Source of the DNA: Ignavibacteriota bacterium
GTDB lineage: Bacteria > Bacteroidota > Ignavibacteria > UBA10030 > UBA6906
Direction of reading: 5' to 3'
Length of the DNA: 64,000 nucleotides
NCBI GenBank assembly: GCA_003152875.1
Contig: PMBF01000076.1
Coordinates: 180,604-244,603 of the forward strand
The notes beneath the pieces were generated by a model. The model did not search any database, had not been told where the DNA came from, and was given only the letters and a program-made list of their open reading frames with translations. How positions within the stretch are numbered: position 1 is the first letter of the stretch; each line of letters starts with the position of its first letter. Below, piece by piece: positions 49,202-58,196 of this stretch. The translations under genes were made by a program, and so were the position numbers.

Positions 49202-50131
49202 TCACGTCTTGAGGGCCGGGCGGGGTTCCTTGTTCCCGAAGAGCGAACGGAGGGCTTCCTGAAGTGAAGGGAAGCGAAACCGGAAGCCGTTCCGGATCAG
49301 AGCAGAGGGCGTGACGCGCTGGCTCGCCAGGATCATCACTGCCATTTCCCCCAGCAGTCCGCGGAGGACAAAAGCGGGAACCGGGAGAAGCGAAGGCCGG
49401 TGAAGCGCACTCCCCAGCGCCCGCGAAAACTCACGCATGGTTACGCTCTCAGGCGCCACAAGATTGACGGGTCCCCGCATTGTACCGTCCCGCAGAGAGA
49501 AGAGCGCCGCGTCGACGGCATCATCCAAGTGTATCCATGGAACGTACTGCGCGCCGGACCCCGGTGTTCCCCCGAGAAATACCCGGAAGAGCAGGGCCAT
49601 TGTATCGAGCGCTCCCCCCGGCCGCCCGAGGACCACACCCATGCGGGGGATGACCACACGAATACCCAGGTCCACGGCTTTCAGCGCAGCGGCTTCCCAC
49701 GCCAGACAGACCTCGGCCAGAAACCCCCTGCCTGCCTCGTGCTGTTCGGTTACTATCTCCGTGCCGGTATCACCGTAGAATCCCACCGCCGAAATATTCA
49801 GGAGCACTGGGGGAGGGTGTGCGGCCGTACGCATGGCTTCCACGATCGCGCCGGTGGAAGCGGTGCGGCTCAGAAGGAGACGTTCCCTCCGCGCCCGCGT
49901 CCACCTCCCGCCTGCAAGCGACTCTCCGGCCAGGTTGATAACGGCATCTGATCTCTCGAATACCCGTGGGCCGGATGCCAGGCTGTCCCACCCCGAGTAC
50001 GTGATTCCTTGTTCTGCACGATACTGCCCGGGATGCCTGGTGAGCACCGCCACCTCATGGCCTTCATCAAGGAGCCTCCGCATGAAGTGCCGGCCGACGA
50101 ATCCCGTCCCACCGCAGAGCACGACTCTCAT
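49202..50131 (-). CDS. TIGR01777-family NAD-binding epimerase-like protein (YfcH/SDR39U1, with a DUF1731 C-terminus).
   Basis: N-terminal GGTGFVG and the C-terminal ...YVPWIHLDD motif. Confidence 0.75.
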   Translation of the reverse strand: MRVVLCGGTGFVGRHFMRRLLDEGHEVAVLTRHPGQYRAEQGITYSGWDSLASGPRVFERSDAVINLAGESLAGGRWTRARRERLLLSRTASTGAIVEAMRTAAHPPPVLLNISAVGFYGDTGTEIVTEQHEAGRGFLAEVCLAWEAAALKAVDLGIRVVIPRMGVVLGRPGGALDTMALLFRVFLGGTPGSGAQYVPWIHLDDAVDAALFSLRDGTMRGPVNLVAPESVTMREFSRALGSALHRPSLLPVPAFVLRGLLGEMAVMILASQRVTPSALIRNGFRFRFPSLQEALRSLFGNKEPRPALKT

Positions 50132-50312
50132 CTCAACTTACCTCCATGGAAAAGCTTCGCTCCATCCCGCCGGATAGAGCAACAGGGACCGGTGTCTGAA
50201 GTCAGGTGCAAGGCAAGAAAGGTTTCGGGAAATTGCGAAGCGAGGGAGCGCAGGGAATACCTGAAGGAGCACTTGCAGGATGGCGGGTTCCATCGGGAAG
50301 GCCTTCCGGCTT

Positions 50313-51260
50313 TCAATTCGCAGGAGCGGCACGGACACTTGTCCACTGATCGAGTGTATCTACCAGATCTTTCGCGGTCGTGGCAATGAGGTCGAAGGAC
50401 TTCTGGCTGTACCCCTTGTCCAGGGCGGCACGGCCTCCGAGGACCGCGATTGCGCCCTGGTCCCTGGCTGCGCGGGCGATTTCCCTCAGGTGGGAACCGG
50501 TCAGGGCGGAATGCCCGGACTGCGTCACCGAGATGCAGACCGCCGCCGGCTTCGTTTCTCTGATCGAGCGGACAATGGCGGATACGGGGGTGCGGGCTCC
50601 GAGAAAATTGGTCTGCCACCCCTCGGCTTCCAGCAGATAGGAGGTGCACCGGAGACCCATCTCATGCAGCTCCTCCCCAGCGCATGCCAGGACGACAAGA
50701 CGACCGCTGCCCGGCTTGACATGGATCTGCGACTGGAGCCTGGCGAGCGCATCAAGGGTTTCGTACGAAGCCCGGTGCTCCTGATCGACGCCCACTTCCC
50801 CCCTCTCCCATCGTTCGCCGATCTCCCTCATTCCCTCCCGGATAATGTCATCGTAGATCTGCCAGAGAGGGATCTTGTGTTCGTAGAGATACGACAGGAA
50901 ACCGGCCAGCTTCCCTTCATCGGCTGACAGCGCACGCTCAATGAATCCCTGGACGAGTGTGTCCATGTCCCGCTCCAGGACTGCCATCTGGAGGCGTGCG
51001 GCACGTTCATCATGTGCCGGCATCTGCAGGACGCCGAGCGGTTCCAGGTTGTTCTTTTCGGCGAACTCGACGACGTACTTGATCACAAACCTCCTGTGTC
51101 CGCCAGGCGTTTTCTGGCACCTCAAGACACCCTCGTCGGCCCATCGCTTGACGGTTGTTTCCGTCACGTTGAAGAGCCTCGCCACGTCCGCCGTGGACAG
51201 GATGGTTCTTTGCATGACCGGCCTCACTTCGTCCGATTTGTACGATTTATGCGACTTCAT
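50313..51260 (-). CDS. MerR-family transcriptional regulator with a C-terminal cobalamin-binding domain (CarH/LitR-like B12- or light-responsive regulator). The start was trimmed to an internal Met.
   Basis: N-terminal MerR HTH (TADVARLFNVTETTVKRWADEGVL) and a Rossmann-like B12-binding domain with E-x-H-x-x-G (EELHEMG). Confidence 0.65.
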   Translation of the reverse strand: MKSHKSYKSDEVRPVMQRTILSTADVARLFNVTETTVKRWADEGVLRCQKTPGGHRRFVIKYVVEFAEKNNLEPLGVLQMPAHDERAARLQMAVLERDMDTLVQGFIERALSADEGKLAGFLSYLYEHKIPLWQIYDDIIREGMREIGERWERGEVGVDQEHRASYETLDALARLQSQIHVKPGSGRLVVLACAGEELHEMGLRCTSYLLEAEGWQTNFLGARTPVSAIVRSIRETKPAAVCISVTQSGHSALTGSHLREIARAARDQGAIAVLGGRAALDKGYSQKSFDLIATTAKDLVDTLDQWTSVRAAPAN

Positions 51261-51445
51261 CGTGAGGCAAGACGTGTTTTTCCCTCCCCACCTTTTTCGT
51301 CCCCCCCGACAAGCGCCGGCTGCGCGCCTCCTGGCGGACGAACGCTCTTTATCTAACACCATGGAAAGTCACGCCGGTTCCAGAGACGGAACGCGAGGGA
51401 TAGGGACAAGACCGGCTGCCGGCACCCGTGGCCGGCAGACCGGGA

Positions 51446-53644
51446 TCAGGTCTTTTCGAGGAAGAGGGCTCCCAGGGGAGGAAGGGTCAGGTTGAGCGAA
51501 TGGCTCCGCGCGTGTGCCGGCACGGGGTCTGATTGGATATGGCCGGCATTGCCCATGTTGCCCCCGCCATAGAGCGCTGCATCGGTGTTGAGCAGTTCCT
51601 TGTAGCCACCCTGTTGCCGGACGCCGATGCGGTATCCGGGCCGCGGAACCGGGGTGAAATTGTAGACGCAGATCAAGGAATGACCTTTACCGGACTTACG
51701 TTCGAAGGCAATCACGCAAGCTGCGCGGTCCTCGAAATCGATCCATTCAAAGCCGCTGTAACTAAAGTCGATGCCATGGAGTGCCGGCCTGGACCGGTAG
51801 AGGGCATTGAGGTCCATGACGCAGCGTTTCAGCCCCCGATGGGGTTCGAAGTTGAGGAGGTGCCAGTCCAGGCTCTGTTCGTGGTTCCATTCGTTCCACT
51901 GGCCGAAGTCGATGCCCATGAAGAGGTGCTTCTTCCCCGGGAATCCATACATCAGCGCGAGCAGCAATCTCAGGTTGGCAAACTTCTGCCAGTCGTCGCC
52001 GGGCATCCGGCCGAGCATCGACCCCTTGCCGTGCACGACCTCGTCATGGGAAAACGGAAGGATGAACCGTTCGGTGAACGCATAGAGCAGCGCAAACGTC
52101 AGGTTGTTCTGGTGGTATGTCCGGTAGACGGGATCGAGCGAGAAGTACTCCAGCATGTCGTGCATCCACCCCATGTTCCATTTGAGGTCGAATCCGAGTC
52201 CGCCCTTGTCGAGCGCGTGCGTGACGCCGGGCCACGCTGTGGATTCCTCAGCGAGCATGACGACGCCGGGGTGGTACTCGTGCACGACGCTGTTGAGGTA
52301 TTTCACAAACTCGATCGCCTCGAGGTTTTCGCGGCCTCCATACTGGTTGGGGATCCACTCCCCTGCCTTGCGGGAGTAGTCGAGGTACAACATCGATGCA
52401 ACCGCATCGATCCTGATGCCGTCCACATGGTAGCGGTCCAGCCAGTAGAGCGCGTTGCTGATCAGGAAGTTTTTCACCTCGTTCCGCCCGTAGTTGAAGA
52501 TGAACGTACCCCAGTCCTGATGCTCGCCTTTGCGCGGGTCGGCATGCTCGTACAGGTGCGTCCCGTCAAATAGTCCCAGGGCATGCGCATCTTTCGGGAA
52601 GTGTGCCGGGACCCAGTCCAGAAGAACGCCGATGTTGTGTTCGTGGAGGTGGTTCACCAGGAACATGAAGTCCTGGGGGGAGCCGAAGCGGCTGGAGGGC
52701 GCATAGTACCCCGTGACCTGGTAACCCCATGAAGCGTCGAACGGATGTTCCATCACGGGCAGGAATTCAACGTGGGTGTAACCCATCGAAGTCACGTACT
52801 CGGCAAGTTGGACAGCGGTCTCGCGGTACGTGAGCCAGCGCGAATCCTCGCCGCGCCGCCATGATCCGAGATGCACCTCGTAGACCGCGAGCGGTCTTTC
52901 CTGTGACGTATCGGAGCGCCGCTGATCCATCCAGGGCCCGTCATGCCATTCGAAACCCCCGAGGAAATTGACTTTCGAGGCGGTTCTCGGCCTGACCTCC
53001 ATCTCGAAGCCGTAGGGGTCGGTCTTGTCTTCATACCTTCCGTTCTGGCCCTTCACCTCGAACTTATACAGCTCCCCCTCGTTCATGCCCGGGATGAAGA
53101 TCTCCCAGACACCGGAGGAGCCGAGCATGCGCATGGCATGGTACCGGCGGTCCCATCTGTTGAAGTCCCCGATGACGCTCACGCTGCGAGCCGAGGGAGC
53201 CCACACGGCAAACTGCACCCCGCCGACCCCATTCACAATGGAATGATGTGCACCGAGCTTCTCGTAGATCTGGTGGTGATTCCCGCCATTGAAGAGGTAG
53301 AGGTCGTATTCGGTGAGCGTTGGAAGGAATGAATAGGAGTCGTGGAAGAGCGCCGAGGACCCGTCGGGGTGGGCCTTCTTCAGCCAGTAGGCAAATACCT
53401 CCTGATGCCCCGGGAATACCGCCTCAAAGAAGCCCTCCCGGTGAATGAGCTCCATCGGGTGCTCTGCGCGGGTTGAATCCTCCACCACCCAGGCGGCGGA
53501 CGCATCAGGCAGGTAGGCCCTCACGGCGACAACCGGTTCGCCTCCGGGGACATGCACCAGATGGGCGCCAAGCACGGCGAACGGGTCGTGGTGATCCGCG
53601 TGAAGGATCTTTTCGATGTCGTTTTCGGGAACAGTGCTCATCAT
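51446..53644 (-). CDS. glgB: 1,4-alpha-glucan (glycogen) branching enzyme GlgB (GH13_9).
   Basis: CBM48 and alpha-amylase catalytic regions; conserved GH13 motifs (DWVPAHF, GIRIDAV, EES/EHD regions); 732 aa. Confidence 0.9.
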   Translation of the reverse strand: MMSTVPENDIEKILHADHHDPFAVLGAHLVHVPGGEPVVAVRAYLPDASAAWVVEDSTRAEHPMELIHREGFFEAVFPGHQEVFAYWLKKAHPDGSSALFHDSYSFLPTLTEYDLYLFNGGNHHQIYEKLGAHHSIVNGVGGVQFAVWAPSARSVSVIGDFNRWDRRYHAMRMLGSSGVWEIFIPGMNEGELYKFEVKGQNGRYEDKTDPYGFEMEVRPRTASKVNFLGGFEWHDGPWMDQRRSDTSQERPLAVYEVHLGSWRRGEDSRWLTYRETAVQLAEYVTSMGYTHVEFLPVMEHPFDASWGYQVTGYYAPSSRFGSPQDFMFLVNHLHEHNIGVLLDWVPAHFPKDAHALGLFDGTHLYEHADPRKGEHQDWGTFIFNYGRNEVKNFLISNALYWLDRYHVDGIRIDAVASMLYLDYSRKAGEWIPNQYGGRENLEAIEFVKYLNSVVHEYHPGVVMLAEESTAWPGVTHALDKGGLGFDLKWNMGWMHDMLEYFSLDPVYRTYHQNNLTFALLYAFTERFILPFSHDEVVHGKGSMLGRMPGDDWQKFANLRLLLALMYGFPGKKHLFMGIDFGQWNEWNHEQSLDWHLLNFEPHRGLKRCVMDLNALYRSRPALHGIDFSYSGFEWIDFEDRAACVIAFERKSGKGHSLICVYNFTPVPRPGYRIGVRQQGGYKELLNTDAALYGGGNMGNAGHIQSDPVPAHARSHSLNLTLPPLGALFLEKT

Positions 53645-53672
53645 TAGCGCCTTCTGGAGTGACAGGTGGAGT

Positions 53673-55028
53673 TCACCGGATGTCGTCCACGATGACGAAC
53701 TCCGTTTTCCCGGAGGTCACGGTCACCTGGTCTTGAGGAATCTCAAAGCCGCGGTCGGATGAGCGGACGCTCACGGCGTACTTTCCCGGCGGGACATTCA
53801 GACGGGCAAGCTGGATCTGAGCGGGGAGTGTCCCCCAGGTGCGAAGATCGGCTTTCTCGGTGGCCCCGACCGTGAGGTCGATTGCCAGACTTCCGAGAAA
53901 GTTGGTGAGCTTGTCATCCCTTTTCTTGAGCTCGGATTTCGCCTTCTCGGCCGCAAGGAATTTGAGGAGCGCCCTCCCTCCACTCTTCAGGTAGACGAGG
54001 GCAATCCGGTCGTCGAGACATTTCTCCGCAATCGCGGTGATGTCCTGTGCGATCTGGGTGTTGCCGACGGCCGCCACCGAGGAATCCGGGCCCTTCGCCT
54101 CCACAGTGTAGGTGCGCGGCCCCTTCATGCGAGGGACGAACTTTGGAAGAGCTATCTGAAACGTGTGGAGCGTCCCTGACGAATCGGGGATCGTCACCGT
54201 TGGCCGGATCTCCTGTTTCACCGGTCCCTGCCCGGCATAGGCAACGACCAGGATCGAGCCAAGGTTCCTGTCTGATTTCCTGGCCGCCTTCCCCCCCAGG
54301 TTCCGGTACTGTTCCGCCTCTTCGGTGAATCCCATCCGGGTGGCGGTACGGACGAGGTCGTCCAGCAGGAACGACGGTGGCGGAGTCTTATACTCGCGCG
54401 CGTACACGCCATAGCTTTCGTAGGCCTTCCTGTAGGAGATGAAGGCGTCGTTGATTTCCCCCCCGGTCTCATAGAGCACGCCGGCGATGTAGCGGACAAA
54501 GGCATCTTCCTGGTAGCGGTTCTTCCCTTCATATTGCCGGGAGTATTCGCGGAGTTTCAGGTCGACCTTCCGCGCCTCCACAAGGGCTTCGTCGACCTCC
54601 CGCTTCTCGGCAAAGTTGAGGGCGAGGAAGACATTGACCATGACCTTCTCAAAATCTTCCCCGTCGTACGGGAGGACATTGTCATTCGTCAGGAAGGATA
54701 TGGCGGCGAGGGAAATGCTCTTGGTGTACAGGTCCTGGATTTCCCGCTCGGCTGCAAAGAGGTACGCGCTGCTGGAATCGGGGAGTCCCGCATAGTGGAA
54801 CAGAAGGCCCAGGTCCAGGTTGTACAGGACGTGGGCCTTGTTGCCGTAGACCGAGGAACTGGCGCGGATGGTCTGGATCGCACGGAGGTATTCCCCCCGC
54901 GAGACATCGCCGTCGATGCTCTGGTAGACTTCCGTAACGTTGCTGCAGGAAGAAAGAAAAAAGCAAAGCGCTGCGGCGAACAGCCACAGCGCTTTCCCGC
55001 CTGCGACGGGAGAGGGGCTGTGTGGCAT
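53673..55028 (-). CDS. Hypothetical lipoprotein of 451 aa, with lipobox LSSCS and helical TPR-like repeats.
   Basis: Signal peptide plus Cys lipobox; no catalytic motifs recognised; 28-bp gap to glgB. Confidence 0.45.
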   Translation of the reverse strand: MPHSPSPVAGGKALWLFAAALCFFLSSCSNVTEVYQSIDGDVSRGEYLRAIQTIRASSSVYGNKAHVLYNLDLGLLFHYAGLPDSSSAYLFAAEREIQDLYTKSISLAAISFLTNDNVLPYDGEDFEKVMVNVFLALNFAEKREVDEALVEARKVDLKLREYSRQYEGKNRYQEDAFVRYIAGVLYETGGEINDAFISYRKAYESYGVYAREYKTPPPSFLLDDLVRTATRMGFTEEAEQYRNLGGKAARKSDRNLGSILVVAYAGQGPVKQEIRPTVTIPDSSGTLHTFQIALPKFVPRMKGPRTYTVEAKGPDSSVAAVGNTQIAQDITAIAEKCLDDRIALVYLKSGGRALLKFLAAEKAKSELKKRDDKLTNFLGSLAIDLTVGATEKADLRTWGTLPAQIQLARLNVPPGKYAVSVRSSDRGFEIPQDQVTVTSGKTEFVIVDDIR

Positions 55029-55045
55029 GGCTCGCTTGCCGGGGG

Positions 55046-55657
55046 TTAGAACTTCGTACCGCTCTGGGAAACGAACTTCTTGATCTTCTTTTCTCCGAGC
55101 CAGGCCTTGCGGTTATTCTCAAGGTTGACCAGCTCCATGTTCACCTGGTAGTACTTCACCTGATCACCGCCTTCCTGGTCGACGATGGTGGTGATGTCAC
55201 CCCTGAGCATGAAATCGGCTCCCGCCTCCTTCTGGAATTTTTTCATCGATTCGGGGGAGGCGTTTTCCTGCTGGTCTGCCCTCTCATCCCGCACCTCCTG
55301 CCGCTCTTCCTTGTTGGCGACGAAGTTCACCCGGCCTGAGTTGATGAGCTCGCGCTCGAGATTCTTGATGAAGGTAAGTGTCTGGATGTGCTCGCTCGAT
55401 CTGTTCTTGACGGTGCCCACGATCACGTCAGGCGGGCGTGTGTTTGCGCCCTTGAATTCTCCGAGCCAGGGACGCGCGAGGACGTCTCTGATCATCTCTT
55501 CCGCCACGAGACGCGAATCGGTATCGTTCCAATCGCCGCTGAGGTCGATGGTCTTATCCACGTCGACGCGTGAGACCGATTTGGTGGCCCCGCAACCCGA
55601 CAGAAGAACCATTGCGGTGATTGCGCCCGCTACGGCAAGACAGCGCGCTGTTACCAC
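55046..55657 (-). CDS. LpoB-like lipoprotein (COG3417, penicillin-binding-protein activator family), about 203 aa. The Pro/Arg-rich N-terminal 128 aa of the track ORF were rejected.
   Basis: Lipobox LLSGC; VIVGTVKNRSSEHI...LINSGRVNFV and ADFMLRGDITTI...YYQVNMELVNL resemble the E. coli LpoB core; a GGAGG sits upstream of a GTG start. Confidence 0.45.
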   Translation of the reverse strand: MVTARCLAVAGAITAMVLLSGCGATKSVSRVDVDKTIDLSGDWNDTDSRLVAEEMIRDVLARPWLGEFKGANTRPPDVIVGTVKNRSSEHIQTLTFIKNLERELINSGRVNFVANKEERQEVRDERADQQENASPESMKKFQKEAGADFMLRGDITTIVDQEGGDQVKYYQVNMELVNLENNRKAWLGEKKIKKFVSQSGTKF

Positions 55658-55740
55658 GGTACCTCCGATGGCTGGTGATAAGTGGGTAATTGCATGGTGA
55701 AGATACGAAAAAGCTGTTGAAGGTTCAAGAACCGGGCACG

Positions 55741-56060
55741 GAGGATAACCCTTTGGAGGAATACGCTTTGGAGGATAACACTTTGGAGGATTGCCGTTTG
55801 GACGATCACCCCCTGGCGGATCGCACTTCTTTGGATCAACCTTGCGTGGATCGCTTATCGGCGGGCGCCTGGTCGGAGGGCGATCGGCCATCCGATGTTT
55901 CGTTCCCTTGAGGCCGGCCATCCGGAACACCCTTCTCCGGAATCCTGGTTTCCGGTGCCTCGTTTCCACCGGTCCGGACCTCCGGTCCATCATTCCCCTT
56001 GAAGGGGTCTCCCGGTGGTTCGGTCGCGGGTACCCGGACATCCGGCCCTTCGGGTCCAGC
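55741..56060. repeat. Tandem repeat with 15-bp periodicity. Four crisp units, GAGGA(T/A)(A/T)NC(N)CTTTG, are at 55741-55800, degenerating through the 3' end of rmuC. The 15-bp period equals a pentapeptide period in the RmuC C-terminal tail.
   Basis: Read directly. The translated minus-strand tail ...RIPEK GVPDG RPQGN ETSDG RSPSD QAPAD shows a 5-aa period. The crisp DNA units lie just 3' of the rmuC stop. Confidence 0.55.
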
Positions 56061-57410
56061 CGCCATATGCCCCGGAGCCCGCTCTACGGGGTTCACCTCC
56101 GTCGCCCGTTCATCTTCCAGGAGCGAGGGATCGATGACCTTCGAAGCGTGCGCGCCAAGCCGCTTCAGCTCTTCCACCCTTCGAATAATATTTCCCTTGC
56201 CGGTCCCGAGGTGGGCGACCGCCGCTTCGTGCCACCGCCGGACTCCTTCAATCCTTCGGCCAACCTCCTGCAGGTCCCCAAGGAGGCTCACGAATTTGTC
56301 ATAGAGGTCTCCCGCCCGGTGTGCGATTTCCACGGCGTTCCGGTTCTGCCTCTCAACGCGCCAGAGCGATGCAATGATCCGGAGCGTGGCGAGAAGGCTG
56401 GATGCGGAAACGATGAGGATATTGCGCGCAAGGGCATCGGTGGTCAGCGAGGGGTCGGCATTGACGGCATCGTTGAAGGCCGGTTCCACGGGAACGAACA
56501 TCAGAACAAAGTCCGGGCTCTGGAGCCCCTCCAGGGTCTCGTACCGTTTTTCAGAAAGCTCGCGCACATGGCGCCGCATCGCCTCAACGTGCCCGGCGAG
56601 GGCCGCGGCTTTCTCCTCGGGATCGGCCGCAGCGCAATGCCGCTCATATGCCAGGAGGGAGACCTTGGCATCGATGACCACATGGCGCCGCTCCGGCAGC
56701 ATGATGATCGCGTCCGGCTGCAGGCGGCGCCCGTCGCCGGTCATGTGCTGCTCCTGAACGGCAAATTCCCGGCCCCGCATGAGTCCCGATTGTTCGAGAA
56801 TGCGTTCCAGGATCATTTCACCCCAGTTTCCCCGGATCTTCGCCTGGCCGCGAAGCGCGGTAGTGAGGTTCCTGGCTTCTTCGCCGATAGTGCTGTTGAG
56901 CTGCTGGAGCTGGAGGAGCTGCTCACGGAGGGACTGGTTCTCACGCACCGAGTCCCGGTGCGTGGACTCGACCTTTTCCTCGAACCGGCCGATGCTTTCC
57001 TTCAGGGGCCCCAGCACTTCCTGGAGGGTGCCGCGATGCTCGTCATGGATTGTCCGGGAGGTTTCCACGAGAACACGGCGGGCGATGTTTTCGAAGTCTC
57101 CAGTGTATTTTGCCTCAAACTCCTCGAGGAGATGCCGCTGCTCGTCCAGACGCTGTCGAAGCGCCTCTCCTTCAGCTTCGGCCTTGGCAGCGGCGGATGT
57201 CAGATCGAGCACCTTCACGCGTGCCTCGAGTGCCTCGGCCATGGCTTCCTCAGCCCGCCCGGACATCAGCCGGAGGCGCTCGCTGGCCAGCGCGTTTTCC
57301 CCGCCTGCAGCGGCCCGCGCAGTCTCTTCCTTACGCAAGCGGGGGAGAAAAACGCCGGCTGCGGCAGCGATGCCGAGCAGGAACCCAAGGAGGGCAAGAA
57401 GGAGTGTCAT
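55836..57410 (-). CDS. rmuC: DNA recombination protein RmuC, with a low-complexity Pro/Gly/Glu-rich C-terminal tail.
   Basis: N-terminal TM helix, long coiled coil and the conserved RmuC core (...NWGEMILERILE...VIDAKVSL...FVLMFVP...). Confidence 0.8.
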   Translation of the reverse strand: MTLLLALLGFLLGIAAAAGVFLPRLRKEETARAAAGGENALASERLRLMSGRAEEAMAEALEARVKVLDLTSAAAKAEAEGEALRQRLDEQRHLLEEFEAKYTGDFENIARRVLVETSRTIHDEHRGTLQEVLGPLKESIGRFEEKVESTHRDSVRENQSLREQLLQLQQLNSTIGEEARNLTTALRGQAKIRGNWGEMILERILEQSGLMRGREFAVQEQHMTGDGRRLQPDAIIMLPERRHVVIDAKVSLLAYERHCAAADPEEKAAALAGHVEAMRRHVRELSEKRYETLEGLQSPDFVLMFVPVEPAFNDAVNADPSLTTDALARNILIVSASSLLATLRIIASLWRVERQNRNAVEIAHRAGDLYDKFVSLLGDLQEVGRRIEGVRRWHEAAVAHLGTGKGNIIRRVEELKRLGAHASKVIDPSLLEDERATEVNPVERAPGHMAAGPEGPDVRVPATEPPGDPFKGNDGPEVRTGGNEAPETRIPEKGVPDGRPQGNETSDGRSPSDQAPADKRSTQG

Positions 57411-57546
57411 GGACGGGTCCGATGTGCGACACCGTCAACATCAGGAAACCGCGGTTGAAAATCAAACATGAAGGACGTGGTGTGAACAGCATGGGTTCGT
57501 GCCGCCCCGGCAAGAATCGGGCACGCTCTTGTCATCCGCTCACAAA

Positions 57547-57581
57547 CACCGAAGCCGATCCTGTGTGGATCGGCTTCGGTG
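57547..57581 (-). terminator. Perfect 15-bp-stem hairpin (CACCGAAGCCGATCC-tgtgt-GGATCGGCTTCGGTG) immediately 3' of trxA. Likely an intrinsic terminator, although the following T-tract is weak (TTTGT).
   Basis: Read directly; it starts 35 bp after the trxA stop on the minus strand. Confidence 0.45.
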
Positions 57582-57615
57582 TAAGTCCGGCTCTTTCGGG
57601 GACAACCTGCCTGTG

Positions 57616-57972
57616 TCAGGCGGGAACGCCGAGAAGCCCCTCGATCACCTGGACGAACGACTCTTTAGGGAGGGCGCCCATTGCCATTTGCGGTTTCCCC
57701 TCTTTCGGAATGAAGAGAAGCGAGGGGATACTCCGGATCCCGAAGGCAGCCGCAAGCTCCTGCTCTCTTTCGGTGTCGACCTTGTAGATATTCAGCTTGC
57801 CGGCGTATTGTTTGCCGAGATCCTCGAGAATCGGAGCCACCATCTTGCAGGGTCCGCACCAATCGGCATAGAAGTCCACGATGGCCGGAAGCTCGCCTGA
57901 GTAGCTCCATTCCTTGTTGTTCTCAAAGTCGAAAATCTTTTGCTGAAATGTCTCTTTCGTCAAGTGCTCCAT
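57616..57972 (-). CDS. trxA: Thioredoxin.
   Basis: WCGPC active site; about 118 aa. Confidence 0.9.
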   Translation of the reverse strand: MEHLTKETFQQKIFDFENNKEWSYSGELPAIVDFYADWCGPCKMVAPILEDLGKQYAGKLNIYKVDTEREQELAAAFGIRSIPSLLFIPKEGKPQMAMGALPKESFVQVIEGLLGVPA

Positions 57973-58196
57973 GCTGCCCCTCTGCTGTTTTGGCGTTGAT
58001 TCTGTGGTTGTCTACATTGATGTGATGCAGGAGAGGGCAAAAGGGGTCAGCGGCTTGCCTGAAGGGCTCTGAGGATGTCCGGGAAGCCCGTTTGGGCCAA
58101 TCCCTGAAATATGGGCATTCCATCCGGGGATCTCCCGGGGTCTTCCCCGACGGAGGCCGGGCTTCCCCCTGCCACCGCATGAGGGTTGACGAGTGA

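Noticed and set aside
55658-56041. Pro/Arg-rich N-terminal extension of about 128 aa on the LpoB-like ORF.
   Set aside because: It overlaps the 15-bp tandem repeat and the rmuC 3' end, its composition is non-protein-like, and a lipobox signal peptide begins only at 55657.
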